Below are positions 1 to 15,040 of a stretch of DNA of 64,000 nucleotides, in pieces (position 1 is the stretch's first letter; each line of letters begins with the position of its first letter). The stretch covers positions 96,410,001-96,474,000 of the forward strand of contig OZ024742.1 in assembly GCA_964016885.1 (NCBI GenBank), read 5' to 3'. This stretch comes from Eledone cirrhosa (lineage: Eukaryota). The notes below the pieces were generated by a model. It was not told the origin of the DNA. It ran no database searches and saw nothing but the letters and a program-made list of their open reading frames with translations. A program made the position numbers and the translations under genes.

Positions 1-135
1 CTGAGCAATCGGGGTTGATCTCGCTAAAACAAAATGTGATCTATTAATGCCAGAGGAATGTTTTTTTTTGCGGTTGTTCCAGAAAATTCCTTCTTCCACT
101 GTATTTATCTAAAGAGTGCTTTTTATACATACATT

Positions 136-241
<106 letters not shown>

Positions 242-534
242 CACACGCACTTAAAAGCATATATATATACATTTGCATATATATATATACTCTTACACTG
301 GCGCATACAAACATATATATATATACATTCACACATATATGTATATGTTTTAAAGTTTGGGGTTAAAACCAGGTTGTGTTAGATTGATGCAGAACTATTG
401 AAACTGCCATCCTTATTCTGGTTTATATATATTACATGCTGTTTTCTTTCTGGAACAATCTGTAGCAGGCATTTATTGTATTTATTCCAATAAATAAAGA
501 AAACATATTGCTTTATTTTTATTATTATTTTTTT

Positions 535-922
535 TGTGGATTGGCTGTATTGGTAGAGCTTTGGACAACGTACCTTGCAGAATAGAGTAACAGCCCTTTA
601 CTTTCTTAGTTCAAATCACACAGAGGTTAGCTTTGCCTTTCATTCTTTTGGGATTAATTAAAGGAAGTAGCAATAATGCACTATAGTTAATTTTATTGAC
701 TTTCACCTTACCGCAAAATGTTTGGCCTAGTGCTGGTGGATTGGCAGTATTGGCAGAGCATCAGACACCGTGCTTTGCAGCCTAGAGTTATGGCCCTTTA
801 CGTTCTGAGTTCAAATCCCGCCATGGTTAGCTTTACCTTTCATCCTTACGGGATTGATAAAATAAAACAGTAATAATGCACTGGGGTAATTGCTGGCCTT
901 GTGCCCAAATTATAAACAATTA
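535..922 (+). mobile_element. Two tandem copies of SINE family A
   Basis: ggtagagc...gagttcaaatcccgcc...tttgcctttcatcc...ataaaataaagtaccagtaatgcactgg...ttgctggccttgtgcc. Further copies at ~1480-1640, 7030-7230, 27300-27375(-), 57660-57770 and 59600-59780. Confidence 0.8.
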
Positions 923-1716
923 TTATCATCTGTGTGTTTATGTGGTGGTTGTAATATTCACCCCACCAAAAATCTATCACATCACTAACAGCACTCATAC
1001 CACAATCTTCTTCTTCTTCTTCTTCTTCTTCTTCTTCTTCTGTTGCTGCCTGGTATACTTTTCTATGAATATGAAAAACATTTTGTTATTCTCTTTGTGC
1101 ACAGAAAAACATGTTGACTGCTACATAATTCACAGTTCACTGGCTGTTTATTAGAAGACAGGCACCTCTTGTCTTTTCACCTATAAAGAGAACATATTGC
1201 TTAATGCTATTTATATTAAACACAAACAAGAACTTAACTGAAATGGCCAGTCTAAAATGTAAACAGATCTCTATCTTTTTTACTATAACACACTTTGCTG
1301 GTGAACAGCCAACTAGATGTGAAACATATAGAGGCAAATTTTTATGTTTTTTCTTTGTGCAGAGAGAATATTTTTCACAATTGTTTACAATTCTCACCAA
1401 AGCTTATAAAGTATAATAATACCAACATTATATTGATCTCATAAGTTCTTCTTCAGACATGCTCTGTAATATATAGAGATAGCCTTTACTTTCAGAGTTT
1501 AAATCCCGTCATAGCTAGCTTTGCCTTTCATCCTTATGGGATTGATAACATAAAGTACCAGCAATGCACTGGGGTAGAATAATGGACCTTTCCACTTGAA
1601 ATTGCTGGCCTTGTGCCAAAAGTTGAACAGTTATTTTATTACTGTGTGTTTGTGCAGTATGTGGTATATATATAGTAAATATATATATATAATATATATA
1701 TATATAATATATATAT

Positions 1717-2043
1717 CTTAGTGGTTATAGCATTGGCCTTGCAATCGAAAGGTTGTGAGTTCAATTCTCAGACCGGGTGATGTGTTGTTTCCTTGAGCAA
1801 GACACTTTATTTCACATTGCTCCAGTTTACTCAGCTGTAGAAATGAGATGATAGGGACTGGAGTCCCTATCGTTCCACTGCAAAGTGGTCGTGGAAGTGC
1901 CACGGCAAAAAAGCACCCAGCACTCACTGTAAATGAGGTTGGTGTTAAGAAGGGCAGCCATCTGTAGAAATCAAGCCAGAATCAGTTCCCGTCCCACCCT
2001 TGCAAAGAAAAGTGGACGTAAAATGAAATGATGATGAATGATG

Positions 2044-2045
<2 letters not shown>
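1717..2045 (+). mobile_element. SINE family B copy
   Basis: Colinear with 54213-54558; flanked by (TA)n. Confidence 0.88.
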
Positions 2046-2074
<29 letters not shown>

Positions 2075-5000
2075 TTGCTTTTACTGAGTCGCTTGTTGTT
2101 TTAACTCAACACCTGACTATCATAATCACTACCATTGCAGCAAGCATCATCACCACCATCACCAGTGCTACAATGATAATGCTGAATACATGTAATGTGA
2201 GATAATGTAGCATAATGTTTGTTGGAGTAGTGGTATAATTTTGTGTTTTTGTATTTCTTATTTTTTTTATTCATGGGAAATATTTCTGTTAAAAGTATAC
2301 GAGGAAATATGATGATGGTGATGATGGCAATGTAGGCGGTGGAGGTGACAACAATAATGTTGGTGAGGGTGATAGTGATAGTGATGATGATGGTAATGAT
2401 AATAATTTACTGTTTGACGTAAATAAAAGAAAAATCAATAAATAATGAAATGCAACCATTATGATTGTAACAATGGTGTTGGTGGTGGTGCTGCTGGTAA
2501 TGATGGTGATGCTGTTAGTGTGGTGGTGGAAACTATGTTGGTGTTGGTAGTGATGGTGGTGTTGCTAGTACTGATAGTAGTGTTAGGAGTAGTGGTAATG
2601 GTACTGATGCTGTTAGTGTGGTGGTGGAAACTATGTTGGTGTTGGTAGTAGTTTATTTTGGTAGTAGTGATTGTGGTGGTGATTATTATCAGGGTGATGA
2701 CCATGAAGCCAGCAAAATTATGGTAAATTTATTTTTGTGATGATGAGTTTTACTTTACAATCTGAAGGCAAAAATGTATTTGTGATTAACTCCAGAATAT
2801 TACTGGTGTTGTGAAGATGGTTAAGGTGTTTAGCTTATGACTGCAAGGTGATGAATTTGATTCCTGGTGGTCTCTTGTGTCCTGGAGCAAAATAATTTAT
2901 TTTATGTTGTTCCAGTCTACTTTGCTGGAAAAAAATTAGTTATACTAGTATTTCAAAAGTCCAGCTTTTACACACTCTGTCACACTGAATCTCTCTGAGA
3001 ACTATGTTAAGTGGACAGATGTCTGTGGAATGCTCAGCCACTTGCAAGTTAATTGCATAAGCAAATGGATCATTCCTTGGAATTTGCAGAGATCCAACAA
3101 CATTATATCAAAGTTTTTATCATCTAACAGAACGAGATGAAATATATCATATTTTACGATACTGGTAGTGAGAGGTGCAAGCATGCCTAGTGCTTAAAAT
3201 GTTTATGTTGCAGTGACATGATTGTGAGTTTGATCCTACTGTATGACTCCTTGAGCACTCAATTGTCTTTTACTATAAGATCAGGGTTACCTTCACTATA
3301 GAATCAGTGTTGTTAATTTATTCAAATTTAAACATATTAAATTAGGGTTAATATTGCACTAAAAAACTTGGGTATTTCCTTTAAAAAACATTGGGAAAAG
3401 GTGATAAGATAAGAAAAAAAATCATTATTTCGAGTGGTTATTAATTATGTAGCAAACATTGCTGCTAAAACATTTAAAATTGATTTAATAAAATATAAAA
3501 TCGATTGATGTATCCTATATTCAATTAAAATTTAAGAATTATAAATCAAAGCTCTCTTCCAAAATGTAGAGCCTGTTATCAACTTTTTCCTCTGGGGTCA
3601 TCTTAAAGACACTTATTCTTATCTTCTGAAAGATATTCTTTGGTAAATGGACAATATTCATGGCACCAAATACATCAGTATTAAAATGCATCAAAATAAA
3701 TAGTTTTAATGCAAAATCTCTTTACAAAGATTCTTCAATCAAAAATGAAATCATATTCTACATTTCAACCCAGTGTTCATTCCATAGTTGTATCCATTGG
3801 AAGACTATTTTAACTATGGTCTCACCATTTTTATAAAACAAAATTTAGATTGTCTACAATTATAGGTTTGGTAGGTCTAAGGTTCTCTGATATACCATCA
3901 CATTTCTTGTATTCTAAAACTTTGGAACTATCTAGTAGTCCTTGCTTAATTTGCTCGATGAAAAATTTAATGCATTATTGACTCATAACATTTTCTTGTT
4001 TTTGAGGAAATTGACATTTGGAAAATTCATTCTAAAATTGAAAAATGAGGTAGATTTGGGGTCTTACAAAATCCCGAGAACACCTCATATTTATACGTTT
4101 TCCTGGTTTGACTATAATGGAACTAATATAATCTATAAGATATTATGGAGCATTCAATGATAATATAGCTGGATCTTGTGTTTGAGCATTAAAACTTTGT
4201 TATCTCTTTGCACGTGAAGTAGTGTTTGTTTAAAATAAATATTGAAAAAATAGATAAAAATACAGAATTGTAGCTATAGAATATCTTTCTGCATTTCTTA
4301 CTAAGCTAAAAGGGAAATGAAGTTCAACCCACTGTTCAACATTCCGCTAAAAGAAACTTCAATAGTAAAAGGAGCTACATGAAAGCCTAATTTAAAAGGA
4401 ACTTACCATCATTCATTGAGGCAAATATTGTTTACTGTTTACTTGGTGGACATAAGAATGTAAAAGCCAATTATAAGTTTCCTAAAATTCTGTACTCCAA
4501 ATGATAGTGATTGTGTCTGGCAGATAGTATCAACAATGGAATATTAACATGGCATGGTGGTGATTAGAACATCTTCAACTCTTAGGCTATTTTTTAACTC
4601 TTTTGTCCATGATTTTCAAATAATATTTTATATGATAAATGATTTAGTAATATAACTAATCCTCTGATCACAGACTTGGTACTTTATAATACATATTTTA
4701 TTACATATAATCATGATGGGGTGTTTTTATATAAATAAAATCATTTAAAAACATTTAAAAACAAACCAGTGGGAGTGGTCGATGTTAGGAAAGGCATCCA
4801 ACCATGAAAACCATATCAAAAGAGAATATAGTCCACTCCCCTGTCCAGGACTGTAGCTATGATTAAGTATTGACTACATCTGTAACAATCCATCCCACCC
4901 ATGCAAGTATGGAATCAAATTGTGGATGAAAAAATGATGGTGATGATATATCTTTAAAATTGGCTGGTAGGAAACCCAGATCTTAATTTCATAATTTTCA

Positions 5001-5545
5001 GTCATTATACAAAAACACTTTTACATGTATTTTTTATCAGCATTAATCCAAGATTGGTTGAGCCAGCTCCAGCCAGTGTATCTACTCCAACACAAACAGA
5101 CTCTACCCATGCATGACAATCACAGATATCTGGTGTAGATATTGTCTGCCAGTTATGGTTCTCACAGCTGACACCATATATGCAAGGACCAGATATTGCC
5201 TCAAAATCCCATTTGATCATGACACCCAACATTTTCAATTATCTATCATGCTGTTTACATCTCCTTGACAGGAGCATTGACATGACTGCAGCATGGATGA
5301 GTTTACTTTAAAGGTGGTAGTGTGTGTGGCTAAACTAACAAACACAGGATGGTAATGAGATGAATACATAATTAAATGATTCTTTGATCTCTCACCAGCT
5401 TGCTGTTCTTTATCTCAATCAGAGCTGACTGTAATTAATAAATTAACTAGTGTGTATCATTAGTAGAGGGCAAATGAATGTCAGAAAATAATTTCCATTG
5501 GGAACCATATGAAAGCTTGTTAGATTTTAATATGTCTTACATTAA

Positions 5546-5752
5546 CCCCTTTGAAACCAAACTGGCTGAAATCGCCACTCATTCTATAACAGAAAATTCT
5601 TTATCATAAAGTTTTTATATAAAGACATTCCATCATAATTTTATATAAGAAATTTATTTACTTTACTAAATCCCTCTCAATTCTTGATAATTAAAAAACA
5701 ATTCTTTGAAAAGAACTGGCATTCTTTCATTAAAAGTATGGTAACAAAGGGG
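5546..5752. mobile_element. piggyBac-type MITE
   Basis: TTAA on both sides; TIRs cccctttgaaacca / tggtaacaaagggg (12/14). Related ends at ~6843, 20662 and 61579-61831. Confidence 0.7.
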
Positions 5753-7457
5753 TTAATAGCTTTACACTAATGTGACTGTTGCTCCTTATGTGGATAGCAT
5801 ATGTGAGTTATTATTTTGTAAACAATTCATGTTTTCTATGTCAACAGGTACAATCTTAATATTTGTGATTTCCAGACTGCTACTTTGGTAAGTAGGTTGA
5901 AACCTGTGCTTTAACACTGAGGCTTATATCCACTAGTTCATATAACCCTGGCACTGCTGTGTTGCAATTGTAGCCTTGGTCAGATTATAGCTGTAATATA
6001 CCAACCAGACTGGAATATAGAGTCTGCCTCTGCCTACTCTTTTATTATTTAATATTTTTTTGCAAACATATAACTGAATTGAAATATTTAGCAAAAAATA
6101 TATTAATTTACATCTGATAGATAGCATAACATGGATACAATATGTGGATGTTTGCAGCAGCACAGCAACACTAATGTGTGCTTTGTAAATAGTTAGCTTA
6201 TCCTTTAAGATGACTCGAAGTAGAAATTTGATAATCAAAGTCATTCAGTATTACTTTTGTGTAATCATTTATATGACATAAATATGTTTTGACCTCCACC
6301 TCACTCATATATGGAGTTATGTTCTATTTCTCAATCTTTGGTCGTGTTTGTGAATACATAATTTAAAATTTCTTAAGTGTTTCGATGGTTTTCTACACCA
6401 GGTTCAGTTTTTTCTCAAAACCAGTAGGATTGTTGACCTGTTGATGGATACTTCTGTTCATGAAAAAAGTCTTAGTTTATCTGATAAGAGACTGGTCGAT
6501 GAAGAAATAAGGAAGGAAGAAAGGAAGAATACATAGTTTGTCAGATTGAGGTTTCCTTTCATCTTCCATTTCAGCATTTATTTCCTCCAGTTATAATCGA
6601 TATTAATATCAAGGAAAATATGTTTACATTTATCAAATATATATAATGTATTGAATTTAATATCAATATTGTCTGGCTTCACTTCATTCGCTTCAAAATT
6701 CCTAAATTGATCTGAATTATGGAGAGGTAAAATAGCTGACTGGCTAAGATATTGGACCATTCACCTTATCAATCAAAAAATACTTTATTTGGTAAGCTAT
6801 TGGACTACCACCATATTACTTACAAAATAGCTGAATGGGATATTAACCCTCTTGATACCAAACTACCTAAAATGGCTCTAGTTCTGTGATACACAATTAT
6901 TTGTTTAAATTTGTTATTTACCATTTTTCTAATAAAATACACAGTTTGTGAATTTTAAATCAGTTTGAAAATAAACAAGAATTTGAAGGAATTAAGTAAT
7001 ATAACTAACACTCTCATTATTAAGCTTATAGAATGGCAGTATCTGTGTAGAGATTTGTACAAATTACTTTGTAGTAATTAGTTACAACTTTCTACTTTCT
7101 GAATTCAAATTCATCTCAGGTTAAGTTTGCCTTTCAACCTGATTGATAAAATGAAATACCAGTAAAGTACTAAGAGCGATATGATCAAATTTTTCCTTCT
7201 CTCAAATTGCTGACCTTGTACTAAGAATTATTAATCTGGTGTTTTGTACATAACTTGAATGCTTTTCTAAAATGGTGATGGATGGCATAAATATAAATAA
7301 GAACATTTTAAAATAATCAGTTGTGTATCATAGAACAAGAGACAGTCTCAGATAGCTTGCATCAAAGAAGTTAGTGTTTATATTTATTTAAAAACTTCCA
7401 TCACAATTTTATGTACGGACCTTTGTTTAGTTATGTACCAAACACCAGCTTAATATT

Positions 7458-7640
7458 GAGTTGGCAGTATCAGTAGAGGTTTGGACGCCATGCTTTCTAG
7501 CATAGTTACGTCCCTTTATGGTCTGAGTTCAAATCCCGCTGAGGTTAACTTTGCCTTTCATCCTTACGGTGTCGATAAAATAAAGTACCAGTAATGTACT
7601 GGGTAATTGCTGGCCTTGTGCCAAAAGTAGAAACAATATT
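7458..7640 (+). mobile_element. SINE family A copy
   Basis: Same consensus, with B-box-like GAGTTCAAATCC. Confidence 0.8.
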
Positions 7641-9733
7641 GCGTGAGTTAGTTACAGTACTACATTATTCCAAATTCTTGATTATTGTCAACATTATTAA
7701 AAAATCATAGTCAGTGACTTCGTTAGAAATATGGTAATGAAAAGTTTAAACTTCTATCACATTAAAAAATCATTCAATAGCTGACTGTATGATATAAGCT
7801 GAGTTGTTTAGTCATAGCACAAAATAAATTGGTACATATGTTCTTGCTTTCTACACTCTGATCAAGCAGACCTATAAGGAAATCATCCTGTTATTTATTC
7901 CAGACCTAGTGTATTTTGGATTATATCATTTAATATTTGATTTATTTTTCAAGATGGTAGCATGTGATGTGATTTGAGGGAGATGTGGCTGATATTACTA
8001 AGAGGCTGGTTGAGGGATAAAGGCTCCTTTGTTGGCTGATCACCAGACTGAAAGGAATCACCAGACATGTCAAAGATATGACAATCTCTCTACTGTTGAT
8101 GCCACAATAAAATGCACAACATATAATCTATAAATTATCTGATATTAGAATGAGCATCCAATTGTAGAAATCATGCCAAAAGTAAGGCAGTTGCTGCTGT
8201 TCTATCTCTTACCAGTAATATTGTAGGCATGGCTGAGTGGATAAGAAGATCACTTTTTAGATATGTTGTCCCCGATTCAATCCTGGTGCATGGCATCTCA
8301 GGCAAGTGTATTTACCATAGCCTCAGGTTGTCTGAAGCTTTGTGAGTGAAACTGACCTAATGGAAATATTTGGAAACTTGTTGGATAGACAGTGTTATGA
8401 ATTCAAATGTCCAACATTGACACGCATCATTTTGAATTTATCTCAGAATTACAGTAAAGGTACATGTACACCAACAACAGCAACAAGTATTTTAAAGTCA
8501 TTTATTTTTACTAAAGCAGGAGATAATATTATAGACCCCATGACAAACATAATAATATTTATCATGGGTTCAGTTTCAAGCAATTTTTTATGGAAGGATA
8601 TCCTGCCTGGTGGCAACACATTTAGCCACTTCTTATGACATGCATGGGATATATTCTGAACCAGATACACACAGTTAAGGGAACATATGTCTATAGAGTA
8701 CTCAGTCAGCGATATGTTGATTTATATGTTTTTATTTTATGGTTGTATATCATTTATTCAATATACAATATCTCACAATGACATTAAAGTCCTTTGACAT
8801 TACATAAAAATAATTGAGCAATATCTAATAAAAACAAAACACACCACTAAATGGAACAGAAAAGAAAAATAAAGATTGAAAAGAAGAAAAAACAAAGAAA
8901 GATCAAGTGGCAAAAGAAAGTGTGTGGAGGAGGAACATTCACTACACCCCAGTCTGAGTGGTGCCTCCAACATGCCCCACAGACAAAACAGCTAAAGCGG
9001 TACGGCAGATAAGGGCCAGAGATTACTGTTATAGCAGACACTCCACCTCATGAAGCTCGCTCCTCATGCAAGCAGCTGTCTTTCTGACTTTACTGAGGAA
9101 ATCAGCAGAGCAGGGACCAAGGACAGCTGAAGTCTTGATGGAGACCAGTGCAAAGAGGAAGTGGTTGATCTGGCTCCAGTATTTGACTATTTTACATTGA
9201 AATGACTGAACATCTGAAAGTTTATGTTGGAAAATATCAACACATCCATCCTGGGGCAACAGACCATTTGCCATCACATTGTCAATACAAATATTACTAT
9301 TTCTGTTTTGTAGACAAATCTTTTACTTTACCAATAACATTTCCAGTTTCTTCTTCTTATCTTTTACTATTTATTTATTTATCTATTTATTGATTTTTTT
9401 AAAAACAAAATTTTGATAATTGTATTAAATTTCTAATTAAAAATAATTGTTTTTGTTGTTTTGGGGTTTGTTTTTTCTTTTCTTTTTCCTTTCTGTCTTA
9501 TTTAAATTATTATTCTGATTTATGTTTTTGTCAGTGTTATTGCTGCTGTTGTTGATTCAGAAGAAAAATCCTTAATCTTACTTTAATCACAGAGCTTATT
9601 TTTTTAATCTATAATATCTCTCTGAAAGTCTTTCCCTAAATTCGCTTAATCTCCAAAAAAAAAAAAAAGATTATGAAAATTAGATTTTTAATAACGATGA
9701 TGATGATTATTATTAATGATGATGATGATGAGG

Positions 9734-9780
<47 letters not shown>

Positions 9781-11523
9781 GAAAACAGTTATAAAGACTA
9801 CAACAATAACAACAAAAATAACAATAATAATGTTAATAAAACAATACATAAAAGCATGAGAATTAAAGCATTGCATGCAAACCAGTAAAATTCTAAGACG
9901 ACAAATGCATTAGATATAAAAAGAAAACATTCATACAACCTATTAGAAAAACACAAGAATAACGATATAAGAAAAAGCAGGGATTCGTGCAAATATATAT
10001 TGATACATATAGAAACATATAGTGTAGTTATGAGAAATATTTATAAATTACATATTTATTTCATGAAGAAATTAAAAAGGAATTTGAAAAACCAGCAGAA
10101 ACATGCTACACCCACACACATACCCCCCCCCCCACACACAAACACACGCATATATATATTGATGCATAGACATGCACACACATGTCTATATATAATATAT
10201 AAGTGAAAACATGGCTGTGTGATTAAGATGTTCAGTTCTCAACTACGTATTTCCAGGTTCAATTCCATCACTGCATGACACATTTAGCAAATGATACAAA
10301 ACCTGTTGCAACAGATACCAGCATGGAAAAGCAGATGTAAAATGATAATATATAATGATGATTTTCATCATTATCATCACTTGAATATTTTCAGTATTTG
10401 CATGGGTTAGGAGCATTGTGGATAAAAATGTGTGCCGTTCAGTTGAAAAATGATAATAACGCTACCACAATAAAAAGTTCTCAGAACACACTGTATATAT
10501 AGAGAGAAAGATAGAGTGAAAAGTGCACTAGCAGCTGAAGTGATGTTAAAGTTATGTCTGTAATAATAGAGAGGGTATAACCGAGACTGCACCATGTATG
10601 AATTTATATACATATATAATATGTATGCATATAAACATGCCAGAGAATACGAATTTCCTGTAAATTGAAAAAAATGATAAACATCTTCAGATAAAATTGA
10701 ACACCCAGCAGAAAATGTGTACATCAGCTAATCATATATTTATGAATATATATATGTCTGTAAATATATATATATATATATTTGTGTTTTGTATGGTACT
10801 TATATATATATATATTTATATAAGTCTGAGCTTATGTTTGTTTATGTACATATGTACCTTTTTCCATCTGTGTATTATACATTCATATATGCACAATGCC
10901 ATAATCATTCATAGACACACTAATACATAAGTAAATATGTAAGTAGATATCTTTTACATGTATGTGTACATTTCAAAATACACAGAAACAAAAGGTGAAT
11001 TTGATTTGAATAAATAAATAGATAAAATAGATAAATAAAGAAATAAAAAGAACAATTTAATGAAAAAATAAAAACCTACAAAAACATAGAAATGTATATC
11101 GTATGAGGAAAATAGATAAAAATGAAATGAATTGTTAAATTAACACACCTGCAATATGATGCATTATATTTCTAGAATGTTTTAGTTCTAAAAATTTGCT
11201 AAATTATTTATGGAGCTTTTTTAATAAGAGTGAATTTGCAGAAGCAAATGAAAATATAAATTTGTAAGGAAAAAAGAAATAAAAAATTATCTAAAATAAA
11301 TATTCTAAAATACATTTACAATGAAATTTCTTTTTTAAATGTACAACAACAACAATCAGAAATAAATAAATGAAGAAAAGAAACTGCAACAATATAAATG
11401 GCATTGCTATTGAAAGAATTCGGAGAAAGAGGAGAATAATACTTTCTCTCTTTAATGTACACAGATATGTATTTATGTCTGTATATATATATTTATATGT
11501 ATATATGAATGTATATGTATATA

Positions 11524-11566
<43 letters not shown>

Positions 11567-11590
11567 ATACATATATATATATATATATAC

Positions 11591-11648
<58 letters not shown>

Positions 11649-11668
11649 GTGTGTGTGTATCTATCTAT

Positions 11669-11707
<39 letters not shown>

Positions 11708-11730
11708 AATATATATATATATATATAAAT

Positions 11731-11784
<54 letters not shown>

Positions 11785-11999
11785 GCATGTGTAACAAATA
11801 TGTGTTGTCTACAATAGGCAAGGTATGCAGTTTCTACCCAGACTTAAATTATAAGTATTATTTATTAAATATAAAAAGTATATGATTTTTAGATCATTAT
11901 AAAAATGCTAATTTAATGGATGGAATTCAGAATATAATTTTGTATGAGGTTATCTTGATGTTAACAAATTACTGGTGCATTAACAATGTTTTGTTTCGA

Positions 12000-12690
12000 T
12001 GCTTTGCTGTACTAGAAAATAAATCTATAAATTTGTAGACACTGTTGTATGCATAGACAGATGTAAACACCTTGTCTATATTTTACTACTGAAAATATCA
12101 AAAGATGTTTTCCCCACCACGGTATGTATAGACATAAATAAATATCTTGTCTTTAAATACTGTGTAATAGAATGTGTCTGATATTTTTTTAGCCAACACT
12201 GTATATATGTAGAGAGACAGATGGACACTCCTTGTCTATATATACTGTATTACAGAATATATCTATAGAGTTTAAGTAACACTGTATATACAGACAGATG
12301 TAAGCATCCTATATATATACTGTACTACAAAATAGTTCTCTAGATGTTTAGCAACACTGTATATTTAGACAGATGTAAACACCCTCTATATACTAACTAC
12401 ACAATATATCTATATATTTTTAACAAAACTGTAGATATATAGAGAGAGAGATAGATGGAATTACCGTGTATATACTGTACTACAGAATGTATCAATAAAT
12501 TTTAACAACCCTGTATATATAGACAGATGTAAAGAATCTGGCTTTATATACTCTGCTACAGAATATATCAATAGATTTTACTCTCCAGAGCTTTATATAG
12601 AGAGACAAAAGTATCTTTATATATTGCATTACAAAGACACAAAAGTATATACTGTATATACAGAATATAGTTATAGGTTTTAGCGACACT
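12000..12690 (+). repeat. Diverged minisatellite, ~65-80-bp unit
   Basis: Recurrent cactgtatatatagacagatgtaaacacc..tatatactgtactacagaatatatcta, about nine copies, with another near 12915-12995. Confidence 0.8.
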
Positions 12691-13058
12691 ATATTATCTT
12701 GGAAAGAAACAAGGGATCAGCCAGCTTATTTTGTATCCTCATATTTGTATTTTATCAGTGACTGAGTACCTGCTTGAACTCTTCATAAACATATTGCTTA
12801 TAACCTGAATATTACTAGTTGTTTAAATAAACTGGATCAACAAATGTGCATGTTATAATGCAGTTGGCTCAATCACTGTTACACTGAGAGTGTTTTGTGT
12901 CAATGCTATTCTTTACAACAAAATATATCTAAAGGTTTATATCCACCACTGTATATATATAGTAAGATGTAAACACATTGTCATTATATACAATATCTTT
13001 GTGGATGAAGGTGACTTTTGACCAGAAACACCAAAACAATCACCTGTATTTAACAGTG

Positions 13059-13258
13059 NNNNNNNNNNNNNNNNNNNNNNNNNNNNNNNNNNNNNNNNNN
13101 NNNNNNNNNNNNNNNNNNNNNNNNNNNNNNNNNNNNNNNNNNNNNNNNNNNNNNNNNNNNNNNNNNNNNNNNNNNNNNNNNNNNNNNNNNNNNNNNNNNN
13201 NNNNNNNNNNNNNNNNNNNNNNNNNNNNNNNNNNNNNNNNNNNNNNNNNNNNNNNNNN
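13059..13258. other. Assembly gap (200 N)
   Basis: Run of exactly 200 N. Confidence 1.
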
Positions 13259-15040
13259 TTTAGCTGCTCTTCTGAAAACATTATATACAGTCATCATCAC
13301 CGTTTTACATCCATTTCTTTATACTTGCATGGGTGAGATAGTATTATATGTAAACTCCCTGGTGCCCTGAACAAGAAGGAAGTAGGGCATTGTTTAGATT
13401 GTCAATTTTCTGGACCCCTTCATGGTATTCTTCAAAGCAATCTGGAAAAACATATTCCCTCATTTCAACAAATCTAGATCCTCTGTAGCCCTTCTTTCAG
13501 TGATGATGAGGATGATGGTGGCGGTGGTAGGGGTGCAGCAGGGGTGGTGGCAGCAGCAAAGTAAAAGATGGGTAATATTCCTCTGATGAATGATCCCATT
13601 TTCCTTGCCCCCAGAGAGATAAACCATAAGACATAAACATCTTTGTTTATTTTCGCAGTTGAGAATAAACATTGTGTTTATTGATAATAAAAAGGTGTAT
13701 CTTACATTTCAAATATGGATAGAATTGAAGATATTGAAAGCAGTGTTGTTGTTCTTGATGATGATGATAAGGAACATTGTTGATTATGGTGTTACTAATG
13801 ATGATTTTGATGATGAATACGGTTGAAAAGAGTTTTATTGTGGATGGTGATGATGGTAATGATGATTGTTGTTTAAGATGATTATGAATGACATTAAAGA
13901 TGTTCATAGTGTCTTGGTTGTTATCGATGATGTAAAAACTCCTTTACAGATAATATCTTTCTCTTTTCTATTTATGTATGTTTTTTATTTTGTGATTTTG
14001 TGTTTTGTGTTTTGGGGGTGGGGTTCTTTCCTTTCGAATTCTACTTTCATTTTCAATTTTCTCTTTCTTTGATTTTACATTAGAAAGTTTTTTTCACTGT
14101 AGTTTAATATTTTAATTTATTTTTTTTTTTGTGTCAGATTTTGATAAAGACTAACTTAATAACTTAGATTTAACTTGAAATACCACATTTGTTGCAAATT
14201 TTATGTCCTCGGGTAGGAGTTTATGTAAAGATTGTTGATATAAAGAATAACTAAAGGTTGTTTAGTACAAATGTTAGTGTGTTTCTCATTTCTTTGACTG
14301 TTATAAACCACGTGGTTATTACAGTATTAAAACACTTCTGTCTCTTCTGCCCATCTCTTTCTTTCTCTATCTCTCCTTTTCTTTCTCTCTCTCATATCTT
14401 TATCTCCATCTATCGCCTGTCATTGTTTTTCAGTCTCTTGTTTATCCTCTTATATCTTCTAAATTAGTTAAATAGAAATATATAGTTTAGATCAATGACC
14501 ATCGCTTGGTCCCACCTTGATAAGAGTTTAAGACCCTTGATTATGGTTAGCTGTTGATATGAAATTTACAGCTAACACTTATGCAAGTTTATCTGACCTC
14601 CTATGAGGTTATATATCTCATGTGAGATTTCTCAGGTGTTATAAAGACAGGTGCCCCAGTCCTATCATAAAAAGCAATGTTACCTGAAGCAGCTTTTTCA
14701 AGAACACAACACTATGTGGTCCAAGAATTGAACCTACAAACATATAATTGTTAGTCTAACACTTTAACCACTAAACCACATGCCTTCCCTTCAGTTGTTG
14801 ATAAGTGATGCAGAGGTAGAATCAGAGAAGATGTGGGCTAGGGCATGCCACTGTAGCTTTTGAGTTAGGACTGTCACTTCCCCTATTTATATTTAATAAG
14901 CAGCTAGGGATGTTTGATTGGCCAATGTGAGAGATAGAATGCATTCCTGTTTGTTGCTTGATTTAGAAGCTTCTTGAAACAGTAAATTAATGGACATCAG
15001 CCACAAGCTCAAGTCTTAGTCATCTTAGCTTTCTATTATA

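Noticed and set aside
3290-4480. Possible ancient LINE or transposase relics (also 8860-9290, 16850-17700, 22400-22800)
   Set aside because: Complex, coding-like sequence, but no motif I can identify with confidence; needs BLASTX.
6300-6770. Possible host exon on the minus strand
   Set aside because: All frames are interrupted; no recognisable domain or partner exons.
12000-12690. CRISPR-like array
   Set aside because: Units are degenerate along their whole length with no unique spacers; eukaryotic minisatellite.
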